Below are positions 60,251-64,000 of a stretch of 64,000 nucleotides of DNA, piece after piece (within the stretch, counting starts at the first letter, position 1; each line of letters begins with the position of its first letter). Source of the stretch: Vulcanimicrobiota bacterium (lineage in GTDB: Bacteria; Vulcanimicrobiota; Vulcanimicrobiia; Vulcanimicrobiales; Vulcanimicrobiaceae); NCBI GenBank assembly GCA_963784655.1, contig CAWASO010000001.1:1056013-1120012 (forward strand). Direction: 5' to 3'. A program made the translations under genes and the position numbers. The notes under the pieces were generated by a model. The model was not told where the DNA came from. It made no database searches and worked only from the letters and a program-made list of their open reading frames with translations.

Positions 60251-61410
60251 GCCAGCCGCTGCGCGTGATGGCCGTGATGGGCACGCGGCCCGACACGATC
60301 AAGATGGCGCCGGTCGTCCTCGCGCTGCGCGCCGCGCGGCCGGCCGTCGAGCCGATCGTCTGCGTCACCGCGCAGCACCGCGAGATGCTCGACGAGGTGC
60401 TGCGGCTGTTCGAGATCGTGCCCGACGTCGACCTCGACATCATGACCCGGGCCCAGTCGCTGACCGACATCACGACCCGGGTCCTGACCGGCATGGAGCG
60501 CGTGCTGGCCCAGACCAAGCCCGACGTGGTGCTGGTCCACGGCGACACCACCAGCTCGACGGCGGCCGCGCTGGCGGCGTTCTACGCCAAGATCCCGGTC
60601 GGCCACGTCGAGGCCGGCCTGCGCACCTCGACCATCACCGAGCCGTTCCCCGAGGAGGCCAACCGGCGCCTGACCGGCGTGCTGGCCTCGTTCCATTTCG
60701 CGCCGACCGCGCGCTCGAAGGCCAACCTGCTGGCCGAGCGCACCGACGACGCGCTCGTGGTCGTCACCGGCAACACCGTCATCGACGCGTTCCTGGCCAC
60801 CAGCCGGCGGCTGGGCAACGGGGTCAGCACCCACGCGCTGGACGGGCTCGACCCGGCCCGGCCGATGATCTTCGTCACCGCCCACCGGCGCGAGAACCAC
60901 GGCGCGATGGCCGACATCGCCCGCGCCGTCGGCACGATCGCGGGCTTCCCCGAGCGGCCGCAGGTCGTCTGGCCGGTCCACCCCTCGCCGGCGGTCCACC
61001 CGGTCGTTCACGCCGTGCTCGACGGGGTCGAGGGCGTGCGGCTGGTCGAGCCGCTGAACTACGCCGAGACCGTGGCCGCGGTGCGAGCCTCGCACTTCGT
61101 GCTGACCGACTCGGGCGGGCTCCAGGAAGAGGCCCCCACCCTGGGCCGGCCGGTGCTGGTCATGCGGCGCGAGACCGAGCGGCCCGAGGGCCTCGAGGCC
61201 GGCACGCTGCGCCTGATCGGCTCCGACTACGACGTCATCGTGGCCGAAACGCGCCGCCTGCTGACCGACGCCCAGGCGTACGGCCGGCTGGCGCACACGG
61301 CCAACCCCTACGGCGACGGGCGAGCCGCCGAGCGCATCGTCGGCTGGCTGCTCCACGCCCTGCGCGGCGGGCCGCAGCCTGATGAATTCCGCCCCGGTCC
61401 GGCCGCGTGA
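60247..61410 (+). CDS. wecB: UDP-GlcNAc 2-epimerase (non-hydrolysing)
   Basis: GTRPDTIKMAP, HGDT, GHVEAGLR, TAHRREN, TDSGGLQEEAP, NPYGDG. Confidence 0.94.
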   Translation: MSQPLRVMAVMGTRPDTIKMAPVVLALRAARPAVEPIVCVTAQHREMLDEVLRLFEIVPDVDLDIMTRAQSLTDITTRVLTGMERVLAQTKPDVVLVHGDTTSSTAAALAAFYAKIPVGHVEAGLRTSTITEPFPEEANRRLTGVLASFHFAPTARSKANLLAERTDDALVVVTGNTVIDAFLATSRRLGNGVSTHALDGLDPARPMIFVTAHRRENHGAMADIARAVGTIAGFPERPQVVWPVHPSPAVHPVVHAVLDGVEGVRLVEPLNYAETVAAVRASHFVLTDSGGLQEEAPTLGRPVLVMRRETERPEGLEAGTLRLIGSDYDVIVAETRRLLTDAQAYGRLAHTANPYGDGRAAERIVGWLLHALRGGPQPDEFRPGPAA

Positions 61411-61592
61411 ACCCGGCCCGCCTGATCGGTCTGGGCGCGCTCTTCGTCGCCTGCACGCTGGGCGGGTTCGCCCTGGGCGTGGTCGCCGCGAACCGAACGG
61501 GTGCGTCCTGGTGGGCCATCGTGGGCTTGTTCGCGGGGCTGGTCGTGGGGGGCGGAATCGCGGTTTCCCAGGTCGTCCGTTCGGTCAAATAG
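61407..61592 (+). CDS. AtpZ/AtpI-like small membrane protein
   Basis: Two transmembrane helices; first gene of the atp cluster. Confidence 0.6.
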   Translation: MNPARLIGLGALFVACTLGGFALGVVAANRTGASWWAIVGLFAGLVVGGGIAVSQVVRSVK

Positions 61593-61603
61593 GGTCTCGT
61601 GCG

Positions 61604-62032
61604 ATGAAAGTCCAGGAGGGGAGACCCGAAACCTGGGACAATACGGAGCGCGCCGACCAGACCGAGCTGCGCGTGTATTACGCGCGCAAACGGTCGGTCG
61701 CCCTACGCACGTCGCTGTTGCTCGCGGGGCTCGCCATCCTGGTGGCTCTCCGCTCTCCGCTCCTGGGTCTCGACCTGGCGCTCGGAGGAGGGTGCGGCGT
61801 CGTGAACATGCTGTTGATCATGCGCAACAACGAGCGCCTCCTGGACGGGAGACGCTCGCGTGGTGTGTACGGCCTCAACAACGTGGTCAGGGTACTGGGT
61901 GTCGGCACTCTCCCGGCTACTGCGGCGATCACCGGCCCCGTGTGGGCTCTGGCGATCTCCTACGCCGGATTCTTCGCGCCGCTGGCATCGTACGCGATCG
62001 TGCTGCGCAACGCATATCGACGAGGGACGTAG
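61604..62032 (+). CDS. ATP synthase subunit I-like protein
   Basis: Four hydrophobic segments directly before atpB. Confidence 0.65.
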   Translation: MKVQEGRPETWDNTERADQTELRVYYARKRSVALRTSLLLAGLAILVALRSPLLGLDLALGGGCGVVNMLLIMRNNERLLDGRRSRGVYGLNNVVRVLGVGTLPATAAITGPVWALAISYAGFFAPLASYAIVLRNAYRRGT

Positions 62033-62763
62033 TGAAGGAACAAGTCGGCGCGCATCTGACCTGGCAGTGGCCGGTGATCGGTTCCGTGCATGCCGATACG
62101 ATCTTGACGACCTGGCTCGTGATGCTCGTCTCGCTGGCCTTTTTCTGGTGGCTCGGCCGCTCGTACGCGACGCACCGGGTCAACAAGACCCAGGCGACGT
62201 TCGAGGGCCTGGTCAACTACTTGGCCGATCTCGCGGTGAGCACCATCGGCAAGCAGGGCGAACGGTTCGTCCCGGTCTTCATCGGGATGTTCTTCTTCAT
62301 TTTCATCCTCAACCAGGTCGGCTTCTTCCCCTTCAAGCAGCTCGGGCTGCCGTTCGGCGGGGCGCCCACGGCCGACCTCAACACCACGGTCGCCTTCGCG
62401 CTGCTGGTGTTCTTCGGGATCTGGTTCGTCGCGATCCGCAAGAACGGCATCGGGGCGTTCGGCCACTTGTTCAAGCCGTTCGTGTTCCTGTTTCCGCTCA
62501 ACCTGATCGAGGAGCTGGCCCGCCCGGTCGTCCTCGCGCTGCGGCTGTTCTTCAACATCTTCGTCGGCGAGCTGCTGCTCTTCGTCGTCGCGACGATCAT
62601 CGCGTCGAACGTCTCGGTCGGCCCGGTGAACCTCTCGCTGGGCGCCGCCGTCGTGCCCTTCCTGCTGCAGTTCTTCAACTTCTTCATCGGCACGCTGCAG
62701 GCGTTCGTCTTCACCCTCCTCTCCATCGTCTATCTCTCCTTGGCGACGTCCGAGGAACATTAG
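62032..62763 (+). CDS. atpB: F0F1 ATP synthase subunit a
   Basis: APTADLNTT, RPVVLALRLFFNI, LQAFVFTLLSIVY. Confidence 0.95.
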   Translation: MKEQVGAHLTWQWPVIGSVHADTILTTWLVMLVSLAFFWWLGRSYATHRVNKTQATFEGLVNYLADLAVSTIGKQGERFVPVFIGMFFFIFILNQVGFFPFKQLGLPFGGAPTADLNTTVAFALLVFFGIWFVAIRKNGIGAFGHLFKPFVFLFPLNLIEELARPVVLALRLFFNIFVGELLLFVVATIIASNVSVGPVNLSLGAAVVPFLLQFFNFFIGTLQAFVFTLLSIVYLSLATSEEH

Positions 62764-62817
62764 ACCCTCAATCGGCCGCCGGATCGCCGGCGGAAATTCC
62801 AGAAAGGCTCGACTCAC

Positions 62818-63096
62818 GTGACCTCGGATGCTCTGATCCTCGCAATGATGGTGATCGGCTTCTCGCTGATCGTCGCGGCCGTCGCCTTCGGCTCGGCCAT
62901 CGGCGACGGTATCGTCGCTTCGAAGGCCGTCGAGGCCATCGCCCGTCAGCCGGAAGCCCGCCCCAACATCTTCACGTTCTTCTTCCTGGGCGTCGGCATT
63001 CTGGAAGCGTTCCCGATCATCGGCCTGGGACTGGGTCTGTACCTGTTCTTCGCCGTCACCAACGTGCCGTCGCACATCCAGGCGATCGTCAAGTAG
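62818..63096 (+). CDS. atpE: F0F1 ATP synthase subunit c
   Basis: IARQPEA, GILEAFPII. Confidence 0.95.
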   Translation: MTSDALILAMMVIGFSLIVAAVAFGSAIGDGIVASKAVEAIARQPEARPNIFTFFFLGVGILEAFPIIGLGLGLYLFFAVTNVPSHIQAIVK

Positions 63097-63100
63097 GGCC

Positions 63101-63535
63101 GTGTTTCTCTCGATCGACGGGACGCTGCTCGTCCAGGTCGTCAACTTCGTCCTCTTCATCGTCCTGCTGAACCTGGTGTTCTTGCGGCCGGTCGGCCGCG
63201 CCATCGCGCAGCGCCGGGCCTACATCGACGGCCTGTCGCGCGACATCGAGAGCGGCGAGGCCGAAGTGCGCTCGGCGCGCGGGACGGCCGAGGAGCACCG
63301 CGCCGCGGCACGGCGCGAGGCCGACGCGGCGATCGCGAAGGCTCGCGTCGCGGCGCAGAACGAGGCGGGCCAGGTGACCGGCGACTACCAGAGCCGGGCC
63401 CTGGCCATCGTCGAGGACGCGCAGCGCCAGGTCGGCGGCGAGATCGAGGCCGCGCGCGCCAACGAGGCGCAGATCGTCGACGGGCTGGCGCAGACCATGC
63501 TCGAGCGCGCGATCGGCTCGGGGGCCGGGGCCTGA
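63101..63535 (+). CDS. F0F1 ATP synthase subunit b'
   Basis: IDGTLLVQVVNF...FLRPV...RRAYI, then coiled coil. Confidence 0.85.
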   Translation: MFLSIDGTLLVQVVNFVLFIVLLNLVFLRPVGRAIAQRRAYIDGLSRDIESGEAEVRSARGTAEEHRAAARREADAAIAKARVAAQNEAGQVTGDYQSRALAIVEDAQRQVGGEIEAARANEAQIVDGLAQTMLERAIGSGAGA

Positions 63536-64000
63536 TGGAAACGACCAACCACTTCTTCGAATCGGTCGCGCTGTGGTCGCAGGTGCTGGGCGCGGTCGTC
63601 TTCCTGATCGTGCTGATCCTGCTCTTCCGCAAGTACCTGATCCCGGCCGTCGAGGCCAACGAGCGGGCTCGCAACGCCGAGATCGCCGAGGCCGAGGCGC
63701 GCCGCGAGCGGGTTCGCGCCGAAGCGGCCGCCGCGCGGGCCGAGGTCGAGAGCGCCCAGGGCGACGCGGCCGAGATCCGCGCCCGGGTAGACGCCGTCGT
63801 CAAGCGCGAGCACGACCAGCTCGTGGCCGAGGCCCGCGCCGACGGCGAACGCATGGTTCGCAACGCCCAGGGCGAGCTCGAACGGGCCCGCCTGGCCGCG
63901 CGCGACCGGCTCCGGATCGAGCTCATCGAGAAGGCGCTGCTGCAAGCTCGCGCGCAGGCCGCCGGCCGGGTCGACGAGCGCACCAACGCCCGCCTGGTGA
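63535..64000 (+). CDS. atpF: F0F1 ATP synthase subunit b (3'-partial)
   Basis: N-terminal transmembrane helix + coiled coil; ATG overlaps the upstream TGA; runs to the window end. Confidence 0.8.
   Translation, partial: METTNHFFESVALWSQVLGAVVFLIVLILLFRKYLIPAVEANERARNAEIAEAEARRERVRAEAAAARAEVESAQGDAAEIRARVDAVVKREHDQLVAEARADGERMVRNAQGELERARLAARDRLRIELIEKALLQARAQAAGRVDERTNARLV

Noticed and set aside
1-64000. Frameshifts in aspS, glyA, trmL, GTs, ABC genes and kaiC as programmed frameshifting or mass pseudogenisation
   Set aside because: They hit essential genes at scattered positions with no shared slippery motif; long-read indel error is the simpler explanation.

Overview
High-GC bacterial chromosome segment. 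A Bacillota-like order (glyA-upp-dCMP deaminase-wecA/tagO-wecB-atp) occurs with an LPS-type GT9 and two b subunits, which suggests a diderm Terrabacteria lineage such as Eremiobacterota (inference only). Many genes, including aspS and glyA, carry 1-bp frameshifts that are most likely long-read assembly errors. Core content: GT cluster, beta-carbonic anhydrase, cNMP-TrxB, aspS, gabT plus a LIV-type ABC transporter, a GAF-GGDEF protein, a TerY-P (yegLKI-like) triad, UDG, an MFS, trmL, a peptide-recycling cluster, photolyase, 6S RNA, glyA, upp and the start of the atp operon. Lower-GC accessory patches: (1) a decayed island at a tRNA-Glu-like 3' fragment with a dead integrase, two tandem ParB-like genes and an IS3 remnant; (2) a PD-(D/E)xK nuclease-like gene; (3) a candidate orphan RNase toxin/immunity pair; (4) a ~13 kb hotspot between upp and the dCMP deaminase gene. 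The hotspot holds a KaiC-like/PP2C-RsbW operon, a decayed rimJ-like copy (another lies upstream of upp) and a ~5.6 kb unit bounded by a 59-bp direct repeat that duplicates the deaminase 5' end. That unit carries two HEPN-motif genes and two decayed tandem-wHTH genes. All family calls come from motif recognition by eye; no searches were run.
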